Shown: positions 29,524-42,434 of the stretch, in pieces
Layout of the letters: each line of letters starts with the position of its first letter
Numbering within the stretch: position 1 is the first letter of the stretch
Notes under the pieces: model-generated
The model's input: the letters and a program-made list of their open reading frames with translations, nothing else
What the model was told of the DNA's origin: nothing
Databases searched by the model: none
Assembly: GCA_951406725.2 (NCBI GenBank)
Contig: OX597819.1
Location: 8,122,001-8,186,000, forward strand
Direction: 5' to 3'
Source of the DNA: Octopus vulgaris
Lineage: Eukaryota
Length of the DNA stretch: 64,000 nt
Position numbers and translations under genes: made by a program

Positions 29524-30017
29524 ATAGCAGTATCGCCCGGCGTTGCTCGGGTTTGTAAGGGAAATAACTATATAAGCATTTTTAGAGAGTTATAGCCAAA
29601 AAATAGCAAAAAATGCATTGAAAATGGAAAAAAAAATGATGGTAAACTTTTTTAAAAATCGTTGACTCATCGTAGACATTTTTAGAGAGTTACTTCCCTT
29701 ATATAATAGCGAAAAAATGCATTAAAATGGAAAAAAATGATGGTAATTTTTTTAAAAATCGTTGACTCATCGTAGACATTTTTAGAGAGTTACTTCCCTT
29801 ATATAATAGCGAAAAAATGCATTAAAATGGAAAAAATGATGGTAATTTTTTAAAAAATCGTAGACTCATTGTAGACGCGCGGTAATACCCAGAAGGGCTC
29901 GATATGAATCACGACTATAAGATACCCGGTTTTGGTTACACTGCACCGCAAAATATGGGAGTAGTTAGGAATCTAAATCGTAGGAGACAGACACAACTTC
30001 ACTTTTATATATAAAGA
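29524..30017 (-). mobile_element. Non-autonomous Helitron, family H copy 1, with an internal ~107-bp tandem duplication
   Basis: Minus strand starts A|TCTTTATATATAAAA and ends CCCGAGCAACGCCGGGCGATACTGCTAT (hairpin plus a mutated CTAG). Second copy at 57725. Confidence 0.85.
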
Positions 30018-30149
30018 TTTACAATTCGTGGGTAAAATGGGAAGAAAGTCTAACTAACTGGAAGGTATGTACAATTGAAAAGTGGATACATTCAATACCA
30101 TGATTGTGCTTTTTATAATGTTACGGAAAGCCACGATCGCTGCGAAATT

Positions 30150-30537
30150 TCAACAGGGAACGTAAAAAGCCGGAAGTAATGTTGCTAAATATTTTGTCCG
30201 AAACGCTAATAATTCTGTTCGCTCACTGCGGAATTTGAACCAAGAACGTGGAGCGGGACAAAATGCTGCCAAGCAGTTCGCCCGGCGTGCTAACGGTTTT
30301 GCCAGATCACCGACTTATAATAATTGTTTCTATTATAGGCACAAGGCCTAAAACTTTGGGGGAAGGGTTAGTCGATTACATCGCCCCCAGTGCTCAACTG
30401 GCATTTATGTTATCGACCCCGAAAAGATGAAAGGCGAAGTCGACCTCGGTGGAATTTGAACTCAGAACGTGAGGACGGACGAAATGCTGCTAAACATTTT
30501 GCCCGGTATTCTAACGATTCCACATGCACGCTACCTT
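30150..30537 (-). mobile_element. Cluster of SINE family C copies and fragments
   Basis: GATGAAAGGCGAAGTCGACCTCGGTGGAATTTGAACTCAGAACG plus two partial heads. Confidence 0.8.
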
Positions 30538-31019
30538 TACTCGATCACACTTTATGTTAGCACGGATTACATTTCAGTCAAGTTCAATAATAATTCAAAA
30601 GTATTTTCAGAGTCATATTTTCAATCACTGAATCACTAATGATGAAAACTTTTGCTGAAATGATAGCAAAAATACCATTTTCAACTTTTCATCGCCCATC
30701 TTTCAAATGTACGAATTCAATATGTGACATTTTGATTCTTGAAATTGAATCTTTTTCTCTTGTTAGTTATACGTTTTATGTAATTTTGATTGTTCGCGTC
30801 ACCTATCGTTCCTCTGCAAATGGCTTTCTTAACAGTTAAGAATCTAGTAATACAAAAGATATTTTTGAGTTTATTCCATGAATAGGCACAGATAAATACT
30901 TCTAGTTGATTCAACTTCGGTGGTAACTATGATTTCTGTGAGACAACAGTTCATCATATATACTCACATCTCGACTAGTATTTTATCTAAAAAAGAAATA
31001 TAACATGTGACTTCATTGA

Positions 31020-31329
31020 CCGAGGTTACCGTGATCTTTTCCGTAGGCTTTTCTTTCCACGGGTAAACCTCACCTGTCCTCCCCTTTACACTTTATATTG
31101 ACATTTCTGTGATTACGATCCCTATTGATCAACTTTTTTTCCTCTGCCGTTTTCTTTTTTTCCTCCCCCCACCTTTTTTTTAAAATCCTCCCCTTTTTTT
31201 GTCCTCTTTCTTTCCTTTTACGATCCCTTTTGATCGAAAACCACCCCCCTTTTTTTTACGCCCAAAAGAAAGCTCTACCTTGTAATTTGTTCTGTCTGTG
31301 TGCAGCCCTGTGTGGCTAATAAAGAAACA
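31020..31329 (+). mobile_element. Probable LINE 3'UTR (pyrimidine-rich, AATAAA) ending at a (TATC)n tract
   Basis: C/T-rich body, then GTGGCTAATAAAGAAAC directly before (ATCT)n at 31330-31465. This resembles microsatellite-targeting Tx1 ends (inference). Confidence 0.5.
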
Positions 31330-31397
<68 letters not shown>

Positions 31398-31406
31398 CAT
31401 CTATCC

Positions 31407-31465
<59 letters not shown>

Positions 31466-32552
31466 CCGTAAGAGCAGGATTTGTATTCAGGACGTAAAGG
31501 GATATACATAGGTATTTTGCCCAAAGATCTAATGATTCTGCTGACAATGAATTGAGGTATCCAGAAAAATATCTGTATGGAAATAAAATACACTTCATTA
31601 TTCTTCGAGATGGTTCTCTAAAGAACATTAATTCATGGAGTTACGTGTAGCAGGATGTATCAGTTAGGAATCCGAAGACTATATTTTCACAAAGAAACTT
31701 TAGAAGCTAATTCTCATGTATTCCTGGAAGTTTAAACAGAGACATACTTTCCGTGGAACACGAAATTTAATTGCTATAAAATACAGAATTTAAGGATTTG
31801 TATCATGACACAAAATGCCAGAATTTAGGAAATTTTGCCTGGCGAACAGAAAACAAATGGTAAGTCGTGAAATGTTTGAATACAGATTGTTTTGTATTCA
31901 CAAATTAAGTTACAGATACACATGGAAGCCATGCAATACTTAATAACAGAAAAAACATGAAAATTTTCAATAGGTGCTGTGTGTTCAGTTCTTGCATTCT
32001 TAGTAATATAATTTCCCATTGTAGTTAGTTAGCTACTTTATTAATTTTCCTAGATTGCAGGAAATTAAATCCGCTAACACGTAATTTCAGAACTGAATAT
32101 TCCATACATTTTGCAGACATTCGGTTACACATGGATGACTTCAAATTATTTACTATACTTTTTCATGTGACAATAGAAGCAATTCCTGAAAATAATCTAA
32201 TAGAACTCGCTGCACTCTAGAAGAAAGAGAATTTGAGATTAACATTTTATATAACAAAAATTTCATTACTATATTTTTTTATCAGTTATGATTTGGAAAC
32301 TGGAATTTCCTCAAATTACTTGACCATATACTAACAAAGTGGCATCTATTTTTAGTACAAAGATTACGATTCTGTGGCGGAAAGGAACATTTGATTGGAT
32401 GGTCTCACGGACAAAATATATTATTTTTATTGAAACGATTGTCTCTGAAGAGATGGAAATCGCAGTCCGCATCGACAGAATTTGCACTCAATAGACAGAG
32501 CGTTGAAGCATAATTACTACAAGCATTATCACCAACTCAATAATTTGATACT

Positions 32553-33030
32553 TATTTCGTCTGTCTTTACGTTCTGAGTTCAAATTCCGCCGAGGTAGAC
32601 TCGCCTTTCATCTTTTCGGGGTCGATAAATTAAGTACCAGTTGCGTACTGGGGTCGATCTAATCGACTGGCCCCCTCCCCCAAAGTTTTGTGCTGTTACG
32701 TTCTGAGTACAAATTCCGCCAAGGTCGACTTTGTCTTTCATCCTTTCGGGGTCGATAAATTAAGTACCAGTTACGCACTGGGGTCGATGTAATCGACTTG
32801 ATCCGTTTGTCTGTCCTTGTTTGTCCTCTCTGTGTTTGGCCCGTTGTGGGTAGTAAAGAAATAGGTATTTCGTCTGTCTTTACGTTCTGAGTCCAAATTC
32901 CACCGAGGTCGATTTTCCCTTTCATCTTTTCGGGGTCGATAAATTAAGTACCAGTGAAACATTGGGATCGATGTAATCGACTATGCCCCTCTCCCAAATT
33001 TGAGGCTTCGTACCTATAGTAGAATGGATT
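32553..33030 (+). mobile_element. Tandem trimer of SINE family C
   Basis: Three TTACGTTCTGAG..AAATTCC.CC.AGG..TTTCATC.TTTCGGGGTCGATAAATTAAGTACCAG units. Confidence 0.88.
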
Positions 33031-33044
33031 ATTCGTTTAGGTAC

Positions 33045-34130
33045 TATATTTCAAAGAAGACTGATCAGTTGTTGGTCCCGTCGTGTGGAGTGTCAGAGGG
33101 GCAAAAAAGCCTCTATAAAGTCTTGAACTGACGAACAGGGGCGCAAGATCTATGGACAGGAAATGATGCAAAAGGTCTTTCACCAGCATTTCGCCCGGTT
33201 GTTCGGGGAGAGCGAACAACCGGGGAGCCCTTAAAGGACTTCCTAGCCGGTGGGCCGCGACTCTCGGCCCGGGAGGTGGAATGCTGTGAAGGACCGATTA
33301 CTTCTGCGGAGGTAAAAGAGGTGTTGGTCAAGTGCGCCGGGGCTGGAGTTTTATCGTAGTATGCGGACTTATTCGGGGATCTCCTGGCCAGCGTCTACAC
33401 AAACTCGCAACAGAATGGGGGGACTCCCAGCTCTGTGAGTGAGGGGAGTGGTGACGCTGATCCAGAAGGATCCGATCAAGGGGAATGATATTAGTAATTA
33501 TAGGCCCATAACTCTACTTAACGTAGAGTTCAAGATTTTGGCCAAGGTGTTAGCCAAAAGGTTGACGCGTCTTGTGTAGAAACATGTAGGGTAGGCGCAG
33601 ACTTGCGCCATCCCAGGCAGGTCGATCCAGGACAATCTTCAACTTATACGCTACATCTTAGACAGGCTGGGTAAATTAACCGGCAAAGGTGGTCTACCCT
33701 ATCAAACGCTTTACATTGGTCTATATGGACCAATGTAAAGCGTTTGATAGGGTAGACCACCAGTACCTGGGGGCGGTCCTCGAAGCGGCTGGGCTGGGCA
33801 TGGACTTCCGTAGGTGGATCTCCGCCATGTATAGCGGCATCAAATCCACCGTCCAGAAACGGCTACTTGTCGGAGCCGTTTTCGATCTAGCGCTCAGTTC
33901 GTCAAGGGTGTCCCCTGTCTCCGCTTCTGTACGTGTTGGCTCTTAAACCATTGCTGCAGAAGTTAGAGAAGTTGGGAGGCAACCCTAATGAAATCGGATG
34001 CGCTAAGTCGATCTCTGCTTATGCGGATGACATCACTTTCATCGTGTCCAATGAAGTGCAACTAACATGTGTAGAGGACGCTATCAAAGGATACGAGGTG
34101 GTTGCAGGGGCAAAAGTTAACAAGGACAAG
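33045..34130 (+). mobile_element. Tx1/L1-clade LINE reverse-transcriptase fragment (disrupted)
   Basis: ISNYRPITLLNVEFKILAKVLAKRL..AQTCAIPGRSIQDNLQLIR..DQCKAFDRVDHQYL..SVRQGCPLSPLLYVLAL..SAYADDITF..AGAKVNKDKS, with stops and frameshifts. Confidence 0.92.
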
Positions 34131-34629
34131 TCATATTCGTGCTAAATCAGTACTGCCACGTTATGTTGGCAAATAATATGTTTGGTTTATAGTTTTTCTC
34201 CTTTTCACAACCATATAATAACATTTATCCTAACCAAACTCCAATCCTACATCCTTTGAGGATACTGTAACTAGGTGCATATGTATGTATATATGTTTGT
34301 AAGTACGTATGTATGTGCGTTTTGTGCATAACCACCATAGCTTGTTTTTTGTTTGTTCTCAGGGTATACTCACTATCTTTCGCTTTTCTGGACTCACTCA
34401 CAAATGCTCAGAGCAGTGCATATAGGTCACCAGTACAGCTGTAAAACTCCTATCTGCTGTCATATACCTATGTTATGACAAACACTAAGAGTTTATCAAA
34501 CGCAAACAGGTCGTGCAACCCGCTTGATCAATATTCGTGGATATTTTTGTCCCTTGCTCTCTAGCGAGATAGCTGTTCGCTTTAAATAGGGTTCATCCTT
34601 CTTTTTTGTCAGGTTTTGTATGTCTCGTT

Positions 34630-34730
34630 GAGTTTCCAGCAACCCTCCATACAGACGAGTCTGGAAGCTGTGTCGGTTTAATCACCGACGACCTGGCTAT
34701 GTAACAGGTTGTACTGGATTACATGTCACA
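34630..34730 (-). repeat. Fragment of the repeat also present at 57280-57520
   Basis: AACAGGTTGTACTGGATTACATG is the near reverse complement of CATGTAACCCAGTACAACCTGTT. Confidence 0.55.
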
Positions 34731-34948
34731 AGAAGCACTTAAGCGACCTGACACATATATACAGGACTTTACGCATACACAGAACGTATTCCCCGATGCA
34801 CGCACGTACAGGCCTTATGCATACGCAAGAACACGCACAGACTTTGTGGTAGTTAAATACACGCAACAGCTTAAGCGATACAAAGATATAAATACTTACA
34901 CAACACTGCAAGCGCAGAAAACTACACACATACAAACGCGCATATACA

Positions 34949-35005
<57 letters not shown>

Positions 35006-35408
35006 TCACTCCTTCACACGCATGCGCGTGCGCGAAAATAAAGACACAAACAAGCACAAGAAGAAAGCCACGAGGATTTAGTTAGATTAGTGACGTTTTG
35101 ATAGAAGTTCTAATTCCGGTGTCAAGCTATTGTCTTCCCACAGTGCAACTTTACCGTTTGTCGATCACTTTTCTAGAGAATCGATTGGTCATCAAATAAA
35201 AATCGCATTTATAATGAACCACTTCAAACCAGCAGATTAAAGGATTAGCACCACGACTTCAGTGCTCACTAAGGAGATATAATGAAAATAAATAGCTTCC
35301 AAACAAGCAACTTTTAGCCGTTTGTTTGATTCCACTTCTAACAATTCTTTCTACTTCTTCATTTCTTTCATTCTTTCATTTTGTTTTTTTGTCATTCTTA
35401 TATTGCGC

Positions 35409-35471
35409 TCGCTCCTTCTCCGCTCCTTCTCCGCTCCTTCTCCGCTCCTTCTCCGCTCCTTCTCCGCTCCT
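35409..35471. repeat. 11-bp minisatellite (CGCTCCTTCTC) about 5.5 copies
   Basis: Directly visible. Confidence 0.9.
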
Positions 35472-35857
35472 TTCTCTCTCTCATCACTTCTAATATCTCG
35501 TCCACACATACACCTATTAACAGACAAACCTTATCGTTCGTTATCTTACATCCCTACCGCTATATCAGGAGCATATGGTCAGATTAGGTATTATAAATAT
35601 TTAGGTGTGGAGATATATTTGTTTATGTGAGTGAATAAATATATGTGTACACATACGTGTACATATGTATGTGTTTATATGAGTGTGCATATATATGAGT
35701 GTATAAATGCGTTTATATACGTCTGTGAGTAATAAATAATTGCGTGCATGCGTGTAAATAACTCTATACGTACACATTTTCGTGTATGGATGTATATATA
35801 TACATGTATGTAAATATACGCATACACAGATATAAGACTATTTATGCAAATATAAGT

Positions 35858-35919
<62 letters not shown>

Positions 35920-36178
35920 GTATATGTGTATATATGTATGTATACTTACTTGATTATGTATGCATCCATAAGTATGTATACATATATGAATAAATTTATG
36001 AATATATATATTACACACACATACATGTATGTATATATGTATAGATATATGCATGTACATATATATATATATATATAAATATATATATATACACACACAC
36101 ACACACACTCACGTACATAATATGCGTGCTCACATGTGTAAGTATGTATATGCATAAACATAAGTATGCATGTATATT

Positions 36179-36233
<55 letters not shown>

Positions 36234-36321
36234 GTGTATATATATATATATATATATACACATACACACATACATATATATACATATATATACATATATA
36301 TACATGCATACGTACACACAC

Positions 36322-36551
36322 ACACACCAGTATCGGTTGTCAAGCAATGCTAGAGAGACAAACACAGACACACAAACACACACACGCATATATATATATA
36401 CATATAAACGTCGTCTACCAAATCCACTCACAAGGCTTTGGTCGGCCCGAGGCTATAGTAGAAGACACTTGCCCAAGGTGCCACGCAGTGGGACTGAACC
36501 CGGAACCATGTGGCTGGTAAACAAGGTACTTACCACACAGCCACTCCTGCG

Positions 36552-36553
<2 letters not shown>
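36322..36553 (-). mobile_element. SINE family B, partial
   Basis: Head and middle of family B, reverse complemented. Confidence 0.85.
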
Positions 36554-36594
<41 letters not shown>

Positions 36595-36599
36595 TCGCG

Positions 36600-36654
<55 letters not shown>

Positions 36655-36656
<2 letters not shown>

Positions 36657-37047
36657 TAGTTGCCAAGCTAACATAGCAGTCCAGGAAAATAGGACTGCCG
36701 TTGATTAGCTCCAAAAGGCCATCACCTCTCGCTAGCTACGTGATACACGAACATGTGTCCATTATAACCTTCGATCAAGGGGAGGTTACCCACTTCCCCT
36801 TGCTGGTCTGGTATCTACTGACTAGTTTCGGGGTATTAGTCCCTTATCAATGTATACCCCGAAACTAGTCTGTAGATGCCAGACTAGCAAGGGGAAGCGG
36901 CTGACCTCCCCTGATCGAAGGATATAAAGGACACAGGTTCGTGTGTCACATGGCTTGCTAGAAGAAATGGCGTCTTGGAGGCAATGGCGTCAACTGCAGC
37001 ATTCCTCCTATTTTCCCGGACTGCTTTGTTAGCTTGGCGATAACTAT
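36655..37047. mobile_element. ~390-bp foldback (imperfect palindrome) element
   Basis: Arms pair along their length, e.g. CTTCCCCTTGCTGGTCTGGTATCTACTGACTAGTTTCGGGGTAT with ATACCCCGAAACTAGTCTGTAGATGCCAGACTAGCAAGGGGAAG; loop about 14 nt. Confidence 0.85.
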
Positions 37048-37104
37048 TAATATCCTGTACCTCTGCCGTAGTCACCTTTAGGGATTTAGAAATATTAATA
37101 TTCC

Positions 37105-37399
<295 letters not shown>

Positions 37400-37428
37400 C
37401 ACATATATATATATACATATATACACAC

Positions 37429-37515
<87 letters not shown>

Positions 37516-37584
37516 ATATATATATATATATGTATGTATGTATGTATGTACGTTTATGAATTTGTGCTGCAAGAATCCTGATGT

Positions 37585-37770
37585 AAATACTGTGTTTTAA
37601 AACAGATATTGTCGTATTTTGTGATGGTCACATTCTTTTTTTTCCCCCAAATAAACACACGCACTATATATTCGTCCTTCACTCGTTTATTACTGTTCTT
37701 ATTTTAACTCATGTCCATTGTCCGGAAATCTTTCGTCACACATTTGTGACCTTTTCAGCGATATTTTCCA
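37585..37770 (-). mobile_element. Probable Penelope-like remnant with a hammerhead-like core
   Basis: Minus strand CTGAAAA-G-GTCAC-AAATGT-GTGAC-GAAA. Confidence 0.4.
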
Positions 37771-37883
37771 GAATGGACTAAGCAGAACAGGAGCACACAC
37801 GAGGATGGAAAAAAAGCCCATCCCGAAATACAACAATGTGTGTGCGTGTGTGTGCGCGTATGTGTGTGTGTGAGTGTGTGCTC

Positions 37884-37921
<38 letters not shown>

Positions 37922-38288
37922 CGTAGTCTCTCTGTCCTCAATGCACGGCCAAACCTCTGGGTCAATCCGTACTATACTTGGGTACATGAATAATTTGACC
38001 TGGGAAATAATAATACACTCTTGATTTATCTTTGATTAAAAATAAATACTATTGCTTTATATACAGGGTGCTTAAGGTATTTGAGGACAGTTATACACTT
38101 ACACAAAAATGACTTTTAGAAATTGACAATATTGCCTTTTTATTGGAAAAGGTTTTCAGGATGAGAATAAACATATTGATTCGTCATTTTATTCAATAAA
38201 GTCTCCTTCAGCTTCAACAAACAGATTTTAAATATATTCGTATGCATATATAAGTTATGCTCTATGTATTCATGTATATATATAAATA

Positions 38289-38340
<52 letters not shown>

Positions 38341-38342
<2 letters not shown>

Positions 38343-38567
38343 GGAGTAAACACATGAATGTGAAACAAGGTGCAAAAAAAGAGTGTACTCAATACCAGTG
38401 GTAGAGTAATATGCTTTATTTAAAGCAGCAGAAAATTCTACAAAACCTGTTACTCGTTTCGCGTTGCCGTTCATCGGACAGTCTTTTCTAGCAAAAACTG
38501 TCCGAGGAACGGCAACGCGAAACTCAGAGTAACAGGTTTTGTAGAATTTTCTGCTGCTTTAAATAAA

Positions 38568-38568
<1 letters not shown>
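38341..38568. mobile_element. Penelope-like terminal-repeat remnant forming a ~155-bp palindrome inside (TA)n
   Basis: 38414-38487 is the reverse complement of 38493-38568; each arm carries a hammerhead-like motif. Confidence 0.7.
38498..38536 (+). ncRNA. Minimal type I hammerhead ribozyme-like motif (U4C core variant)
   Basis: CUGU-CCGAGGA-ACG-GCAA-CGC-GAAA-CUC-A-GAG-UA-ACAG: stem I CUGU/ACAG, GNRA-capped stem II, near-palindromic stem III, GUA cleavage triplet. Confidence 0.6.
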
Positions 38569-38651
<83 letters not shown>

Positions 38652-38834
38652 TGCGTGTGCTTATGTTTATTTGTATATTTGTATGCGTGTATAGATGTGT
38701 GTTATTATTGTATATATGTATGTATCTATGTGGATATGCATGTCTTTAGGTGTGTGTTCACAAGCTTGACTTTAGACATAAGACCTTAGATGTATCTTTT
38801 TGCATAAATACATTAGAAACGCTATTTTCAAATC

Positions 38835-38882
<48 letters not shown>

Positions 38883-39141
38883 CTGTTTTTTTCTATCTGT
38901 CTTCCTTTCTTTTTCTTCCTCCCACCACTTCTTTTTCTTTCTCTCACCACTTCTGATTCTTTTTCTAACTTGTAACAACAAAGTTGTGCTTTTAGAATAT
39001 ACGGACAGAGATGTATGATGCATGTGTAGATACCTATGTATACATTAGTATATATATATATATTCATATTTATTTTGCCTGTATATGTTTGTATATATGT
39101 ACGTATGCATATATCAATATTTGTATGTTTAGAGTACATAT

Positions 39142-39527
39142 GTGGAGGCACAATGGCCCAGTGGTTAGGGCAGCGGACTCGCGGTCATAGGATCGCGGTT
39201 TCGATTCCCAGACCGGGCGTTGTGAGTGTTTATTGAGCGAAAACACCTAAAGCTCCACGAGGCTCCGGCAGGGGATGGTGGTGATCCCTGCTGTACTCTT
39301 TCACCACAACTTTCTCTCTCACTCTTACTTCCTGTTTCTGTTGTACCTGTATTTCAAAGGGCCGGCCTTGTCACTCTCTGTGTCACGCTGAATATCCCCG
39401 AGAACTACGTTAAGGGTACACGTGTCTGTTGAGTGCTCAGCCACTTACACGTTAATTTCACGAGCAGGCTGTTCCGTTGATTCGGATCAACCGGAACCCT
39501 CATCGTCGTAACCGACGGAGTGCTTCC
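39142..39527 (+). mobile_element. SINE family A, full length
   Basis: Near-identical to 1423-1806. Confidence 0.92.
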
Positions 39528-40004
39528 ATATATATCTTTAGTCTGTGTATGTATAAGTGAATGTTATTTGTATGTGAATAACGTGTGTTTATATTTTTAT
39601 GCTGTTAGATTTCTGTCAGTTAAGATTATTATAAACACACATTTATTTTAATTACATTTATTTTAATTAAATTTATTTTATCATTAATTGATTTACACTG
39701 GGTATATATACTTTTCATTCTAACTAAAGTTATTTTTGGTATAAGGTTTTCTTCGATTTTACATTATATGATTTTTTAAACTTTTATGTACATCACCATT
39801 TCTTAGAAAAAACCGTTAGTTGAAAGGACCAATGAAATGAAACCAATTTTACATGTGTATCTGTTAATGTAAATTGCATATTTACACATATAACCTTAAT
39901 TTTGTTCCATTCTCAATCAAAACAGTCCGACGAACGGGTACGTGGAACTCAGTAGAAGTTTTTATTGTGAAATTTTGTGATGTTTTTTGCAGCTTTAATA
40001 AAAA

Positions 40005-40079
<75 letters not shown>

Positions 40080-40124
40080 GAAAAAGATTAGAGATCTATA
40101 GAAATCAAATTTTTATATATAAAA

Positions 40125-40447
40125 GATGGAGACATTGCAATTTGAGAGGAAATTTAATAAAAATGATTTTAAATATTATATAAAGAAAATATTACAGATT
40201 TAAATGAATCTCATCTTATGAAATATGAGCAAAAATTTATAAAAATTCGAAATAAAAATAGTTTATTTTCTGTCTGGAGGTGAAGAACATGTCTGACCCC
40301 CAGACAAAAGATAAACTATTTTTCAAATTTTTATAAGTTTTTACCCATATTTGATAAGGTGAGATTCATCGAAACCAGTAATAATTTCTTTGTATGATTT
40401 TTAAAATCATTTTTATTAAATTCCCTCTTAAATTGAAATGTCTCAGA
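40125..40447. mobile_element. AT-rich foldback/MITE between (TA)n tracts
   Basis: GAGACATTGCAATTTGAGAGGAAATTTAATAAAAATGATTTT pairs with AAAATCATTTTTATTAAATTCCCTCTTAAATTGAAATGTCTC; innermost TGTCTGGAGG with CCCCCAGACA. Confidence 0.75.
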
Positions 40448-40469
40448 CTTACATCTGCTTTTTCCACCT

Positions 40470-40508
<39 letters not shown>

Positions 40509-40511
40509 GGC

Positions 40512-40978
40512 GTCTTGGGCAAGTGTCTTCTGCTATAGCCCCGGGCCGACCAATGCCTTGTGAGTGGATTTGGTAGACAGAAACTGAAAGTAGCCTGTCG
40601 TATATACAGGGTGTCCCAAAAAAATGTATACACATAGTGGTTCGGCAAAAGAGAACGATAGAATAAGTACTAGGCTTACAAAGAATAACAAATTTACAAT
40701 TATTTAAGGTGTGTATACATTTTTTGGGGACACCCTGTATGTATATATACGTATATATGTGTATGTGTGTATGTTTGTCCCCCTAGCATTGCTTGACAAC
40801 CGATGCTGGTGTGTTTACGTCCCCGTCACTTAGCGGTTCGGCAAAAGAGACCGATAGGATAAGTACTGGGCTTACAAAGAATAAGTCCCGGGGTCGATTT
40901 GCTCGACTAAAGGCGGTGCTCCAGCATGGCCGCAGTCAAATGACTGAAACAAGTAAAAGAGTAAAATAGTAAAAGAGT
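40512..40978 (+). mobile_element. 5'-truncated SINE family B interrupted by a Tc1/mariner MITE
   Basis: Family B middle and tail flank 40607-40737. Confidence 0.85.
40607..40737. mobile_element. 131-bp Tc1/mariner-type MITE with TA TSD
   Basis: TA|CAGGGTGTCCCAAAAAAATGTATACAC...GTGTATACATTTTTTGGGGACACCCTG|TA. Confidence 0.88.
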
Positions 40979-41451
40979 ATATAATTTTATACATGTACAT
41001 TTCTACATTTATATTGATAAGACATCTAGTGTATAAATGACTTGTTACCTAAAATAGTGCAGTATACGTATATATATATTTATGTATCGTGTGTGTACAC
41101 GTGTATATTCGTGTGTTGTCTTCCTATGCGCGTGTGTTTGCATTGCTTGCTTGTTTAATATGACTCATTGCACCGTCAAGTTTTTGAAAACAAAGCGAGA
41201 TGCGTCTCTTAGTATAGCACAACAAATGTAAGAGAAAATGGCCGCTTTTGCATGTGTTTGCATGAGTTTTTAGTGGTTTCTCTTGTATTACACATAGAGT
41301 ATCGTAAAAATTATGCCCTGACCTACCATCACTCACTTTACTCCTAATATTACTTTCATTCATATTCTCTTTTTCGTAAGTGCGTATGTATATTTGTTAA
41401 TGTATTTAATTTTTGTTTTTTGTATTATAATGCATCTATCTATCTATCTAA

Positions 41452-41518
<67 letters not shown>

Positions 41519-42024
41519 GCCACGCATATACACGCCCACGCCCGCAGACACGATACATGTATATGTTTGTTTTGTATATATGTATGTAGTATGTATACAT
41601 CTATTATGCATATATGTGTGTGTGCGTGTATGTATATATATATATATATATATATACTCCACAAAATCAGGGAAGCTGGTCTTATGGCTCGTGACGGACG
41701 TTTGATCCTTTTCTTGATATATACGTATATGTGCTTGTAAGTGTATAAGCGGATGTATTTTTAATTATAGCGAGTTATAACTCGTTATAATCAAAGACCA
41801 CCTCATCATGGAGAGGACTCGCTATTTGCAAAGGAAGGCCACATTCTGCAAAATGTATTCAGCATCGGTGGAACATTGACAAGGAAAGAGTGGGACAGGG
41901 TCAATTGACTCCTGATCTGACGATATTTAGTTGAAAGAATTTCTGTAGTTTTAGATTCGAGTACATTATTTTCTGACCCTATTCAATCCATATATAAAAG
42001 AGACTCAACAAATACGCCTACATA

Positions 42025-42434
42025 CGCAGGAGTGGCTGTGTGGTAAGTAGCTTGCTAACCAACCACATGGTTCCGGGTTCAGTCCCACTGCGTGGCACCT
42101 TGGGCAAGTGTCTTCTGCTATAGCCTCGGGCCGACCAAAGCCATGTGAGTGGATTTGGTAGACGGAAACTGAAAGAAGCCTGTCGTATATATGTATATAT
42201 ATATATATGCGTGTGTGTGTTTGTGTGTCTGTGTTTGTCCCCCTAGCATTGCTTGACCACCGATGCTGGTGCGTTTATGTCCCCGTCACTTAGCGGTTCG
42301 GCAAAAGAGATCGATAGAATAAGTACTGGGCTTACAAAAGAATAAGTCCCGGGGTCGATTTGATCGATTAAAGGCGGTGCTCCAGCATGGCCGCAGTCAA
42401 ATGACTGAAACAAGTAAAAGAGAGAGTAAAAGAG
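42025..42434 (+). mobile_element. SINE family B, full length
   Basis: Near-identical to the other family B copies. Confidence 0.92.

Noticed and set aside
30917-30942. GGTAACTATGATTTCT resembling the 28S rDNA R2 target region
   Set aside because: Only ~12 nt match and no flanking rDNA similarity.
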